Notes: generated by a model from the letters alone, not told the origin. DNA of 64,000 nucleotides from an uncultured Methanosarcinales archaeon (GCA_964527395.1 CAZGQD010000005.1:6524-70523); one strand, 5' to 3'. Counted from the first letter of the stretch, positions 9,050 through 19,844 are shown. Made by a program: numbers and translations.

Positions 9050-11650
9050 ATGGCAAGGAGAAATAAAAAGAAGTCTGGTAAATCTGTTTTACCACCTTTG
9101 TTACATGAAGGTCATGGTGAAATGAATAAGGCTTTTGTGCTTGTTATTGTGAGTATTGCTTTGATATTTTTTGGAGTATTATTGATGTTTGTTTTAGATA
9201 AACCAGAAGGGCCTTTGGCAGGACAAGCATATTATGTAGATTTAGTTGGTTGTCCAGATGATACTTTTTGTTTTGAATATGTGGATCCTAGTGAAGAAGG
9301 GGCTTTGACTGGTGTTTCTTCTGCATTAACGCTTGCTCCAAGTGAGGATTTTACTTTAAAAGCAGTTTATCAGTCAAGTGTAGCAGTTAGTGATGTGGCA
9401 GTTGGAGAGATAATTGTTAGTTTTGATCCAAGTTATTTGAGTTATGGAGGAATAAGTTCTTTGTTTGTTGATGAGACAAGTTATTCAATTCAAGAGGAAG
9501 ATAATTCTGGAGATAGTGTTTCAGATACTTTGGTGATCTCATTTTGGGATTTAGATGCTGCATTGTCTTTAGTGTCTGGAAAGAATGATCTTTTTCAGAT
9601 TGATTTTAGTGTTTTGTCTTCTCTAAATGTAGGGGACGTATCTACCGTTAGTTTTGATAGTAATAATTATATTCAAAGTTATGATAGTTCTAGTAATTTG
9701 TTTGTGGATGTTGCAAGTTCAGGGCAGCAGAATGTAGATATTTCTGTTGTTGCAGCTGAAGGAACTGTGAAAGAATTAAGTTGTGGAGATAGTTTAAGTG
9801 ATTTTTCTTCTTATGATGAGTTTACTATTTCAAGTAATGGTCTTGATTGTAGTGGAAATGGTTTAAATTTAAATGTTGAAGATATTAAATTAGACTGTGC
9901 AGGAGCTACTATCTTGGGTGGAAATACAGGTTATGGTCTTTATGTAAGTGCCTCTGATGTTGAAGTGAGTAATTGTATAATTGATGGTTTCGCATATGGG
10001 ATTTTCTTTGATTCTTCTTCTTCAAATAATGTTTTTAATTCTATTGAAGTTTCAAATAGTGGTCAAAGAGGAATTGATGATAACTCAGGTGGAAGTAACA
10101 GTTATAGTGACATTGTTGTTAGTGATGTTTCTGGAAGTACAGCTTTACATGTTAGTTCAAGTAGTAATACTTTTTCTAATTTAGGAATAAATAGAGCAGG
10201 TAATAATGGAATTTATGTAATTGCTTCAAATACGTTTAGTCAAGTTTCTGTAGTTGATTCAACAAGTAAAGGAATTTATGTAGGAGGAGGTTCAAGTGCC
10301 TTTAGTGATGTTTTTATTATGGGAAGTGGGGGAGAAGATATATATTTAAGTTCAGATGATAATGAATTTAATTCAGTAATTGCTTGTGGAGATAGTTCTG
10401 AAAATTTGTTTTGTACATCAGAGTTGTCAGGATTGAGTGGCTCAGAAAATTATTTTGTTAGTGTTTCCACTGATTGTGATGTAACTGGTTTAAGTTATTC
10501 TGCTTGCGAGGTTAATGAAGTTAGTTGTAGTGATGGAGTAGATAATGATGGAGATGGAACTATAGATACAGATGATTCAGATTGTCAAAGTGTTTGTAGT
10601 GATAGTGGAGAAGCAATTTATTATGCAGATGTAGATTTTGATGGTTATGGAGATGCTTCAACTGGTCCAGCTTGTATGTCGGATTTTACTGGTGATTATG
10701 TAGAAGATGATACTGATTGTAATGATAATGATGCTTCAATTTATCCTGGAGCTGTAGAAGTGATTTATGATACAATTGATCAGGATTGTGATGGATTGGA
10801 TTTAAGTTATGGGGATTTAACTGTTGAATCTGATTGTGTTGCTGAAGGAGGTACATGGGATTCTACTAATAGTGATTGTATTGCTCCAACTGAAGGAGCA
10901 GATGCTACTGTAGGGAGTGATGCTGATTTAGATGGTTATTATTCTGAAGATACTGGAGGAGATGATTGTAATGATAATGATGCTTCAATTTATCCTGGAG
11001 CTGTAGAAGTGATTTATGATACAATTGATCAGGATTGTGATGGATTGGATTTAAGTTATGGGGATTTAACTGTTGAATCTGATTGTGTTGCTGAAGGAGG
11101 TACATGGGATTCTACTAATAGTGATTGTAATGAGCCATCTACTGGGCAAGCTTGTACATCATACACTTGGTATTATGATTCAGATGGAGATGGATATGGA
11201 GATCTAGATGTAACTACGGAAGGATGTGATCAACCACAAGATTATGTGAGTAATTCAGATGATTGTGATGATTCTGAAACTGATAGTTCAAATGTTTGCT
11301 CTGATTATGGTGGTGCTTCAGTAGGATTAGTAGATTCTTCTGGAAATTCAGTTGATTTATCTTCTGATTCTTTAACTGTTGGTGAGGAATACATAATTTT
11401 TGCTGAAGTTAGTTCAAGTGATGGTTTTGCTGAACATCTTTTACTTTTACAGGTGGTTTCAGATACCAGTGGGGAAGTTGAATTACTTGCTTTTCAGTCA
11501 ATGCCAGGTATAGCTGTAGGATCAAAAGAATCAATTAGTAACAGTTTTACACCAACTAGCGGTGGGACTTATACTGTGCAGTTATTTGTTTGGGGAGATT
11601 GGCCAGCTAATGGAGGAGGATCTTTGATTCCAAGTGTGACTGTTAGTTAG
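9050..11650 (+). CDS. anchored surface protein: cohesin-like domain, beta-helix, MopE-type repeats, conserved C-terminal domain (paralog of 3724..5823)
   Basis: Basic tail, TM helix, then PLAGQA. Cohesin-like pattern FTLKAVYQSS...LFQIDFSVLSSLNVGDVSTVSFDS. PbH1 repeats. Exact internal 55-aa duplication. C-terminal GEVELLAFQSMP...YTVQLFVWGDWPANGG. Confidence 0.7.
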   Translation: MARRNKKKSGKSVLPPLLHEGHGEMNKAFVLVIVSIALIFFGVLLMFVLDKPEGPLAGQAYYVDLVGCPDDTFCFEYVDPSEEGALTGVSSALTLAPSEDFTLKAVYQSSVAVSDVAVGEIIVSFDPSYLSYGGISSLFVDETSYSIQEEDNSGDSVSDTLVISFWDLDAALSLVSGKNDLFQIDFSVLSSLNVGDVSTVSFDSNNYIQSYDSSSNLFVDVASSGQQNVDISVVAAEGTVKELSCGDSLSDFSSYDEFTISSNGLDCSGNGLNLNVEDIKLDCAGATILGGNTGYGLYVSASDVEVSNCIIDGFAYGIFFDSSSSNNVFNSIEVSNSGQRGIDDNSGGSNSYSDIVVSDVSGSTALHVSSSSNTFSNLGINRAGNNGIYVIASNTFSQVSVVDSTSKGIYVGGGSSAFSDVFIMGSGGEDIYLSSDDNEFNSVIACGDSSENLFCTSELSGLSGSENYFVSVSTDCDVTGLSYSACEVNEVSCSDGVDNDGDGTIDTDDSDCQSVCSDSGEAIYYADVDFDGYGDASTGPACMSDFTGDYVEDDTDCNDNDASIYPGAVEVIYDTIDQDCDGLDLSYGDLTVESDCVAEGGTWDSTNSDCIAPTEGADATVGSDADLDGYYSEDTGGDDCNDNDASIYPGAVEVIYDTIDQDCDGLDLSYGDLTVESDCVAEGGTWDSTNSDCNEPSTGQACTSYTWYYDSDGDGYGDLDVTTEGCDQPQDYVSNSDDCDDSETDSSNVCSDYGGASVGLVDSSGNSVDLSSDSLTVGEEYIIFAEVSSSDGFAEHLLLLQVVSDTSGEVELLAFQSMPGIAVGSKESISNSFTPTSGGTYTVQLFVWGDWPANGGGSLIPSVTVS
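10715..10880 (+). repeat. copy 1 of a perfect 166-bp in-frame direct repeat inside 9050..11650
   Basis: gattgtaatgataatgatgcttcaatttatcctgg...tactaatagtgattgta is identical at 10964..11129. Start-to-start offset is 249 nt (83 codons). Confidence 0.9.
10964..11129 (+). repeat. copy 2 of the perfect 166-bp in-frame direct repeat
   Basis: Identical to 10715..10880. Encodes DCNDNDASIYPGAVEVIYDTIDQDCDGLDLSYGDLTVESDCVAEGGTWDSTNSDC a second time. Confidence 0.9.
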
Positions 11651-11714
11651 AATATCTGTGAATAAAATATTATTTTATTTTTCTTATTTAGTTCTTTTTT
11701 GAGAAATAAAGAAG

Positions 11715-11789
11715 TAGCGAGGGGAAGATTTGAACTTCCGATCTCTGGGTTATGAGCCCAGTGGGCACTCCTGACTGCCCCGCCTCGCT
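11715..11789 (-). tRNA. initiator tRNA-Met (anticodon CAT)
   Basis: Reverse complement reads AGCGAGG-CG-GGGC..GCCC-A-CTGGG-CTCATAA-CCCAG-AGATC-GGAAG-TTCAAAT-CTTCC-CCTCGCT-A. Has the A1:U72 pair and three G:C pairs closing the anticodon stem, as in archaeal initiators. Confidence 0.85.
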
Positions 11790-12188
11790 GTGTACTTTTG
11801 AGAAATGATTTGTTTTAAAAAGCTTTGCTTTGTTTAGGGGTTTTTTTTGCTTTTTTCTTCTAAAGTTTTATTAAGAAAAATGGTATGATTCAATTGTTAT
11901 GGTATATAATAGAGGTTTTTTAACATTTTTGTGATTTTTGTTTTGGCTAGTTCATTTTATTTCTGGTTGTTCAGTTGAGAATGGAAAGGATATAGATCTT
12001 CCAGGAGCAGGAAATTTGCTTGATGAGGTACTTGTTGCAAAAGCAATGGGAATAAATGCAAGGTATTCTTATGATTAAAATGATGCAATTAGTTTATGCT
12101 TATTATTTGGTTGAAGGTAAACTGTATTCAGTTAATTTGATTTTTAATTTATTAATTTTTATCAACAAGTTTATATACGAGAAAATAG

Positions 12189-13151
12189 ATGCTTTTTGTT
12201 ATGGTTGGAGTAAATAAAGTTACGGATTCTAGTAAACGTTTTTGGATAGTTTTTGGATCTATTTTTGCAGCTTTGTTCTTTTTTTTGGCCCTATTTTTTG
12301 TATTTATAGGGACCTTAGTTTCTGGAGGTCAAGAAAGTTATTCAGGAAATGTAGCAGTGATTTCTATTGAGGGAGCAATTGTTGGAACTAGTGATTCTTC
12401 TGCTTTTGGTGGGGGGTCTTTGAATTCTCTTGATTACGTTGAACTTATTGAAAGTGCTAATTTGGATGATTCTATTGAAGCAATTGTACTTGAAATTAAT
12501 AGTCCAGGTGGAAGTGCTGTTGCTTCTGATGAAGTTGCACAAGCAGTAATGCTTAGTTCTAAACCTGTTGTTGCGCAGATTCGTGAGGTGGGTGCATCAG
12601 GAGGTTATTGGATTGCAAGTAGTGCAGATTATGTTATAGCTAATAGAATGTCCATTACAGGGAGTATAGGTGTGATTAGTAGTTATCTTGAGTTCACAGG
12701 TTTAATGGAAGAATATGGTGTTGCTTATGAGCGATTAGTAGCTGGTGAGAGCAAGGATATTGGTGTTCCATTTAGAGAACTTGCTGATGATGAGCGTGAG
12801 ATTTTACAAAGAAAACTTACAGTTATACATGACTATTTTATTGATGCTATTGCAGCAAATAGAGGTTTAAATAGAAAAGATGTAGTTAATTTGGCTACAG
12901 GGGAGTTTTATTTAGGTGTTGAAGCACTTGAATTAGGTTTAGTAGATGAATTAGGGTCTGCAATTGAGGTTGAACAGTACCTTTATGACGTTGTAGGTTT
13001 GGAATTTGTAGAATTTGTTAGTTTTGTACAAGAACCTAGTTTTTTAGATGGGTTTTTTGGGGTACTTAATAAAAGATCATTTAATGTAGGATTAGGAATT
13101 GCAGCTGGTTTGGAAGAAGATGTTGTTTCAGATATGTCTTTTATTGTATAA
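12189..13151 (+). CDS. sppA: signal peptide peptidase SppA (S49 family, 36K type)
   Basis: N-terminal TM helix. Motifs EINSPGGSAVAS and GASGGYWIASSAD. The second ATG at 12201 lies ~24 nt from a TTTATATA box and may be the true start. Confidence 0.8.
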   Translation: MLFVMVGVNKVTDSSKRFWIVFGSIFAALFFFLALFFVFIGTLVSGGQESYSGNVAVISIEGAIVGTSDSSAFGGGSLNSLDYVELIESANLDDSIEAIVLEINSPGGSAVASDEVAQAVMLSSKPVVAQIREVGASGGYWIASSADYVIANRMSITGSIGVISSYLEFTGLMEEYGVAYERLVAGESKDIGVPFRELADDEREILQRKLTVIHDYFIDAIAANRGLNRKDVVNLATGEFYLGVEALELGLVDELGSAIEVEQYLYDVVGLEFVEFVSFVQEPSFLDGFFGVLNKRSFNVGLGIAAGLEEDVVSDMSFIV

Positions 13152-13217
13152 ATGGTTTTTATTGTTTGAAATCATTTTTAATTATATGTTTGGTAAGAAA
13201 ATCATTTTTTAGGGGTT

Positions 13218-16200
13218 TTGAAGAAGATGAAGATAAATAATAATCTTGGGAAAAGTATATTTGTATCTTTTGTTTTGAGTGTTTTAGTTTTATGTTCTTT
13301 ATTAGTTTCTTCAGCTGTAGATAGTGAACAAACATATGTTGATAGTAAAGTAATAAGTGAATTTGATGATGAATCTGAAGTTAGAGTACTTGTTAAATTA
13401 AAGGATGATTCAACTGATGCTGCTGAAGAATTTGTTTCAGATTTGGCTTTTGATGTAGAAGCAAAGAGTTCAAATAGTGATTTATTAGGTATTTTAGGTG
13501 TTGAAGAAAAAAATTCTAATTTGGATGAAGGGGATGTTGATGTTGAGAAAGTTTTTGAAGAAAGTTCCGCTGTGGTTTTGACAATTCATGAAGAAGAAGC
13601 ACTTGATTTGTTGATGGAAGATTCTGATGTTGAAGGAATTTACTATGATTATCCTGTTCAAGCATTTTTAGATACAAGTGTTGCACAAATAAATGGAGAT
13701 GATGTTTGGGGTCTTGATTTAGGTTTTGATTTAACTGGTGTTGGTCGTTCAGTTTGTGTAATAGATACTGGAATTGATTATACTCATAGTTCTCTTGATG
13801 GATGTAGTCCTGTGAATTATACAACTAGTGGAGATATAGAAACACTTAGTACTGCAGTTGAATCTGATCATGATTATAGTAACTCTGAAGATGTAACTTA
13901 TACAATTAATATGAGTGGGTATTCAAATATTGCAATTCATTTTAGTAACATCAGTTTAGAAACTCTTGATGCAGGTGATGCTACAGATAGAATCTATGTT
14001 TATAATGAAGATAATGAAACTGTTGCGGTTTATAAAGGAGTTCAGTCAGATATCTGGACGCCATCATCTAATGGATCTATTATGTATGTTCGATTGGTAA
14101 CTGATGGATCTGTAGTTGATTATGGTTTTGTGGTTGATAAAGCAATAAATGGGACTACAAACACTACTGTAAATTGGACTGATTGTCCTCGAATAGCTGG
14201 AGGTTATGATTTATATAATGATGATTCTGATCCTTATGATGATCATGGTCATGGAACCCATGTAGCAGGAATTGTTGGGTCTAACAGTACAACATATATG
14301 GGTGTTGCGCCTAATTCAAGTTTGGTTGCTGTAAAAGTATTGGATTCAAGTGGAAGTGGGTATAGTAGTGATATTGCTGCAGGTGTAGATTATTGTGTGA
14401 ACAATCAAGACAAATTTGGAATTGATGTTATTAGTATGAGTTTAGGTGGAAGTACAGAATATGATTCAGAGTGTAGTTCAGATTTGATAGCCCCTTCAAT
14501 TAAGCGTGCTTATGATGCTGGTATTGCGGTGGTTGTAGCTACAGGTAATGATGGTGCTAGTGACGGTGTTGCTGCTCCTGCGTGTGCTCCTTATGCTATC
14601 CCAGTTGGTTCTACTGATTCAGATAGTACAATTTCGTCTTTTTCTAATGTAGGGAATTTGTTGTCACTTTTGGCACCAGGTTCTTCTATTACTTCTACTT
14701 TTGCTACTGTTGATGGTGCTGGTTTTGGAGCTTTATCAGGAACAAGTATGGCTACACCACATGTTTCTGGGGCTTTTTTGTTGTTTCAACAGTATGCACG
14801 TGAAGTTCATGGAGCTGCGTTTGATCCTTTGGCTGTTGAAAAAAGGTTTAATTCAAGTGGGACTTTTGTAAATGATACTGCAAATTCAGGAAATAATTTT
14901 AATGAAATAGATGTTTTGGCTGCACTTAAACCGCAAATAACTTTTGGAGATTTGGTTGTAAATGATTCAAGTAGTCAAGTAGAACATTATGTGTTTGTAA
15001 ATGTTAGTTCGGATGTAAATTTAAGTATGGCTTTGTTAGAATGGGACCATAGTAATGGTACTTTTGAAAATATTACAATGACTCAAGAGAATGAGACTCA
15101 ATTTGTTTACAATATGACTGGACTTAAAAGTGGTTTAGATTATTTTGCAGTTTATGGAAATGATTCTTATTTGATGGGGGAAACAGAGTTACGTGATGTA
15201 ACAATTATTTCTGATTTGAAGGCTGCTTTAAATAATCCTTTGAATAATAGTGTTCATGCAAGTGGATTTTATGTTAATTTGTCATTTTTGTCTAACCAAA
15301 CTAATTTAAGTTATGCTAATGTTAGTATTTTTAATAGTAGTTCTAATGAAGTAGTTCTTGTAGGTGGATCTGCTGATTCTATTTGGGCTGCAAGTTATAA
15401 TTTTAGCTTTTTGTTTAATATAACAAATTCGTCTTTTGCTCATGGTAATTATACTTTGCTTTATTTTGCTAATAACAGTGAAGGGGAAGAATTTTTAGAA
15501 AATACCAGTTTGTATATTGATCTTGTTGATCCTAGTTTGTCTACTGTTTCATCATCTGATGTACATGTTAATGTTAGTGATACTGTTTTGTTTCAAGTTA
15601 ATGTGACAGATGATTTTGTGAATGAGAGTTATGTATATTTTGAAAGTAATTTTACTGGAAGTTTTGTTAATTATTCTATGACAACAACTGATAATTATAC
15701 TTATAATTATAGTTTAGATGGTTTAGGTAACTTAAGTGGTTCAGAAAAAGTTGGTTATTCTATTAATGCATATGATAAAGCTGGTAATGGCGTTGTTAGT
15801 AGTTCTGCTACTTTTACAGTTCAAAACAATGCTGTAGATTATGTAAATATTACTAGTCATGATAATGGGACTCAGATTGAGTTAGGAGCCCTTGTTAATT
15901 ATACTGTAGATGCAACAGACAATGATAGTGATTCATTTACTTATGAGTGGAATTTTAGTGATGGAGATTCTAATGTGAATTATTCTGATCAGAATGTGTC
16001 TTATGCTTTTAGTAATATGGGTGAAAATACTATCTTTGTTAGGGCAGATGATGCTAATAGTACTTTGATGTATAATATTACGGTCTATGTAAATGATACA
16101 GTAGGACCAAATATAAGTTCTTTGACAGTGAGTAATATTAGTACTAGTTCTGGAGTAGCAGAAGCTCAGACTGTGCGGGCTACAGGTGCTGATTTGAATA

Positions 16201-16892
16201 ATGTTAGTTCAATTAATTTGTATTATGATGGGGATTTGGTTAATAGTAGTGAATTAACTAATAGTTCAGGAAATTGGACATTTGGTAGTTTTTCTTCGAC
16301 AGAGTCAGATGTGTCTTTTATAATTGAAGTAGTAGATAATTCAACTAATTATAATAAACGTAACCATACTTTTACTTTTGATGTAACTGCTTCAGGTTCT
16401 GGAAGTTCTGGAGGTGGAGATTCAGGAGGTAGTAGTGGTGGATCTTCTGGAGGAGGAGGTGGTGGATCTAGTTCATCTTCATCTAGTTCTTCAACTGAGA
16501 TCTCTGAGGAAGAAGCTTCAAGTGAAGAAAGTGGATCTGAGGATTCTACTGAGTTTGGAGAAACTGATGGGTCTGAAGAAGAAGTTGAAGAAGATAATGC
16601 TGAAGCTGAAGAAGAAGTTAAAGATGAATGTGGAGATAGTTTTTTGTCTAAGGCTTTATGTTGGATTAAGTCTGTTGTGAATACTGTTACTGGAGCAGTA
16701 ACTGGGACGGGGAACGCAGTTTTTGTAGATGCGGAAGGGTCTGTTGATTCAGAAGAAACTGGTGAAGTGATGTCTGTTCCGGAATCAGAAGATAATTCTG
16801 GTCCGGGAATAAAATTTGTAGGGATGTTGTTTTTAGGTGTTTTAGGGTTATTTGGTGTATATGCATTAGTTAGACCTAAAGGAGGCTATTAA
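13218..16892 (+). CDS. giant secreted subtilisin-like (S8) serine protease with inserted CUB-like domain, PKD-like region and C-terminal TM anchor
   Basis: Catalytic Asp in VCVIDTGIDY, His in HGHGTHVAG, Ser in SGTSMATPHVSG. 13218 is TTG; first ATG is at 13227. Very many NxS/T sequons. G/S and E-rich linker. C-terminal GPGIKFVGMLFLGVLGLFGVYALVRPK. Confidence 0.85.
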   Translation: MKKMKINNNLGKSIFVSFVLSVLVLCSLLVSSAVDSEQTYVDSKVISEFDDESEVRVLVKLKDDSTDAAEEFVSDLAFDVEAKSSNSDLLGILGVEEKNSNLDEGDVDVEKVFEESSAVVLTIHEEEALDLLMEDSDVEGIYYDYPVQAFLDTSVAQINGDDVWGLDLGFDLTGVGRSVCVIDTGIDYTHSSLDGCSPVNYTTSGDIETLSTAVESDHDYSNSEDVTYTINMSGYSNIAIHFSNISLETLDAGDATDRIYVYNEDNETVAVYKGVQSDIWTPSSNGSIMYVRLVTDGSVVDYGFVVDKAINGTTNTTVNWTDCPRIAGGYDLYNDDSDPYDDHGHGTHVAGIVGSNSTTYMGVAPNSSLVAVKVLDSSGSGYSSDIAAGVDYCVNNQDKFGIDVISMSLGGSTEYDSECSSDLIAPSIKRAYDAGIAVVVATGNDGASDGVAAPACAPYAIPVGSTDSDSTISSFSNVGNLLSLLAPGSSITSTFATVDGAGFGALSGTSMATPHVSGAFLLFQQYAREVHGAAFDPLAVEKRFNSSGTFVNDTANSGNNFNEIDVLAALKPQITFGDLVVNDSSSQVEHYVFVNVSSDVNLSMALLEWDHSNGTFENITMTQENETQFVYNMTGLKSGLDYFAVYGNDSYLMGETELRDVTIISDLKAALNNPLNNSVHASGFYVNLSFLSNQTNLSYANVSIFNSSSNEVVLVGGSADSIWAASYNFSFLFNITNSSFAHGNYTLLYFANNSEGEEFLENTSLYIDLVDPSLSTVSSSDVHVNVSDTVLFQVNVTDDFVNESYVYFESNFTGSFVNYSMTTTDNYTYNYSLDGLGNLSGSEKVGYSINAYDKAGNGVVSSSATFTVQNNAVDYVNITSHDNGTQIELGALVNYTVDATDNDSDSFTYEWNFSDGDSNVNYSDQNVSYAFSNMGENTIFVRADDANSTLMYNITVYVNDTVGPNISSLTVSNISTSSGVAEAQTVRATGADLNNVSSINLYYDGDLVNSSELTNSSGNWTFGSFSSTESDVSFIIEVVDNSTNYNKRNHTFTFDVTASGSGSSGGGDSGGSSGGSSGGGGGGSSSSSSSSSTEISEEEASSEESGSEDSTEFGETDGSEEEVEEDNAEAEEEVKDECGDSFLSKALCWIKSVVNTVTGAVTGTGNAVFVDAEGSVDSEETGEVMSVPESEDNSGPGIKFVGMLFLGVLGLFGVYALVRPKGGY

Positions 16893-16978
16893 TAGTTTTT
16901 TTGTATTTGTTTGGATTAAAAAATATGTTTTCTAAGAGAGATAATCTTTTAAAGAGTTGAAATGATTGTTTTTTTAAA

Positions 16979-17296
16979 ATGAATGGTTTGAAGAAGATTG
17001 TTAATGAATTAGGTGTACCAAGAGTTGTTGGTTTTTCAGCAGTTGCTTTAGGTTCATTAGGTGTTGGTTTTTATGTGGGAGTAAGTAATTCTGAATCATT
17101 AGGAGAATTAGTAGGTTCAGGAGTAGTTTTAAGTTCTGTTTTAGGAGCTAGTTTGGCTCAATATGAATCAATGAATCCGTCTGATGGAAAAGGTTTTGCC
17201 CCAGCTGTGGTTGGAGGAATTGTAAGTGGGGGAGCTTCTGGAGCATTAGTTACAGGAGGCTATGTAATGGGAAAAGTAGTGAATTATTTTTCTTAA
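16979..17296 (+). CDS. small Gly/Val-rich membrane protein, unknown function
   Basis: 105-aa ORF with hydrophobic Gly-rich segments. No recognisable motif. Confidence 0.4.
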   Translation: MNGLKKIVNELGVPRVVGFSAVALGSLGVGFYVGVSNSESLGELVGSGVVLSSVLGASLAQYESMNPSDGKGFAPAVVGGIVSGGASGALVTGGYVMGKVVNYFS

Positions 17297-17337
17297 TTTT
17301 GAAAATTCTTTAGTTGAGGTCTTGGTGACAGAAAAGC

Positions 17338-17345
17338 TTATAAAG
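17338..17345 (+). promoter_or_regulatory. TATA box for the L41e gene
   Basis: aaagcTTATAAAGg lies 24 nt upstream of ATG 17369, the same spacing seen at other leaderless genes in this window. Confidence 0.5.
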
Positions 17346-17368
17346 GAATGACTGACCAGGAGAGATAG

Positions 17369-17476
17369 ATGAAACGAAGTAGTAGACGTTGGAAAAAGAA
17401 AGGCCAAATGCGTTGGAAGTGGCAACGTAAGAAAATGAAAAAGGCTAAGCGTAGACGAAGGCTTCGAAGCGGTTAA
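17369..17476 (+). CDS. rpl41e: 50S ribosomal protein L41e (35 aa, below the ORF-track cutoff)
   Basis: Translation is MKRSSRRWKKKGQMRWKWQRKKMKKAKRRRRLRSG. The KRSSRRWKKKG.MRWKW core matches archaeal L41e as I remember it. Confidence 0.75.
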   Translation: MKRSSRRWKKKGQMRWKWQRKKMKKAKRRRRLRSG

Positions 17477-17562
17477 AATTTTGTTTTATTTTTGGAAAAT
17501 TTCTTATATTTTTGTTATTCTAGAGATATTGCTGCTTTTCGTCGACAAAGAAGAATTTCAAA

Positions 17563-17582
17563 AAGGGAAAGCTTTATAAATA
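17563..17582 (+). promoter_or_regulatory. candidate rRNA operon promoter (purine-rich BRE plus TATA)
   Basis: agggaaagcTTTATAAATA lies ~220 nt upstream of the 16S 5' end and is the only strong TATA element in the leader. Confidence 0.5.
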
Positions 17583-17799
17583 AGAGGTCTCCCGAAGAAG
17601 TTTATGTGTGTGCTTAATATAATGATATTAAGTATGAATGAGGTGATCCATCAAATATCATTTGATGTGACGAATATGTATAATCTACTTTAAGTTTTTA
17701 GATAGCGACGAATTAAAACGTACAATAAAATAGGATGTAATGAAAATTTTTACCGAATTTTCAAGGAAGGTTTTTGGGAAAAAATTTTCTAAAATAAGA

Positions 17800-19386
<1,587 letters not shown>

Positions 19387-19487
19387 TTTTTTATTTTTTG
19401 GAAATTTTTCCAGAACAAAAAAAACAAAATTTAGCCTCTGCAATTTGCAATAGTTGCTTTGCCTGGATGGGGCTAGCGTTACCTTAT

Positions 19488-19559
<72 letters not shown>

Positions 19560-19686
19560 CTCCTTAATTTATTAAGGAAATATGGGCTTTTCAAATGAAT
19601 AATTTGAATTAAGTTCAAGTGCATTCGCAAGAGAGATACTTGCGGCTGGATTGGTTAGAGTTAAAATCCCAAATTTATACTCAATG

Positions 19687-19703
19687 AGCTATTTGTACGT
19701 ATG
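19687..19703 (+). other. 5' strand of the pre-23S processing stem
   Basis: agctatttgtacgtatg is perfectly complementary to catacgtacaaatagct at 23140..23156. Confidence 0.7.
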
Positions 19704-19844
19704 AGTCTACAATTATTATAATTGTAGTATTATTATAAGTAAAGAAATGGGAATCGTCTTTAAGACGATTTTCGTGACTGGAAATTCACAGAAATGTGAG
19801 TTTATTTTGTAATGTAAAAAAACTTTGATTTTTTAAATCAAAGT

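Noticed and set aside
10715-11129. I considered a diversity-generating retroelement (TR/VR pair) as an explanation for the 166-bp and 385-bp repeats.
   Set aside because: The repeats are perfect or differ at 2 non-adenine-specific positions, both copies are in coding context, and no reverse transcriptase gene is present in the window.
11936-12077. Short ORF with a lipobox-like ISGC (..FWLVHFISGCSVENGKDIDLPGAGNLLDEVLVAKAMGINARYSYD).
   Set aside because: It has only a TTG start, a truncated signal peptide and ~45 codons. It is possibly a gene remnant but is not supportable.
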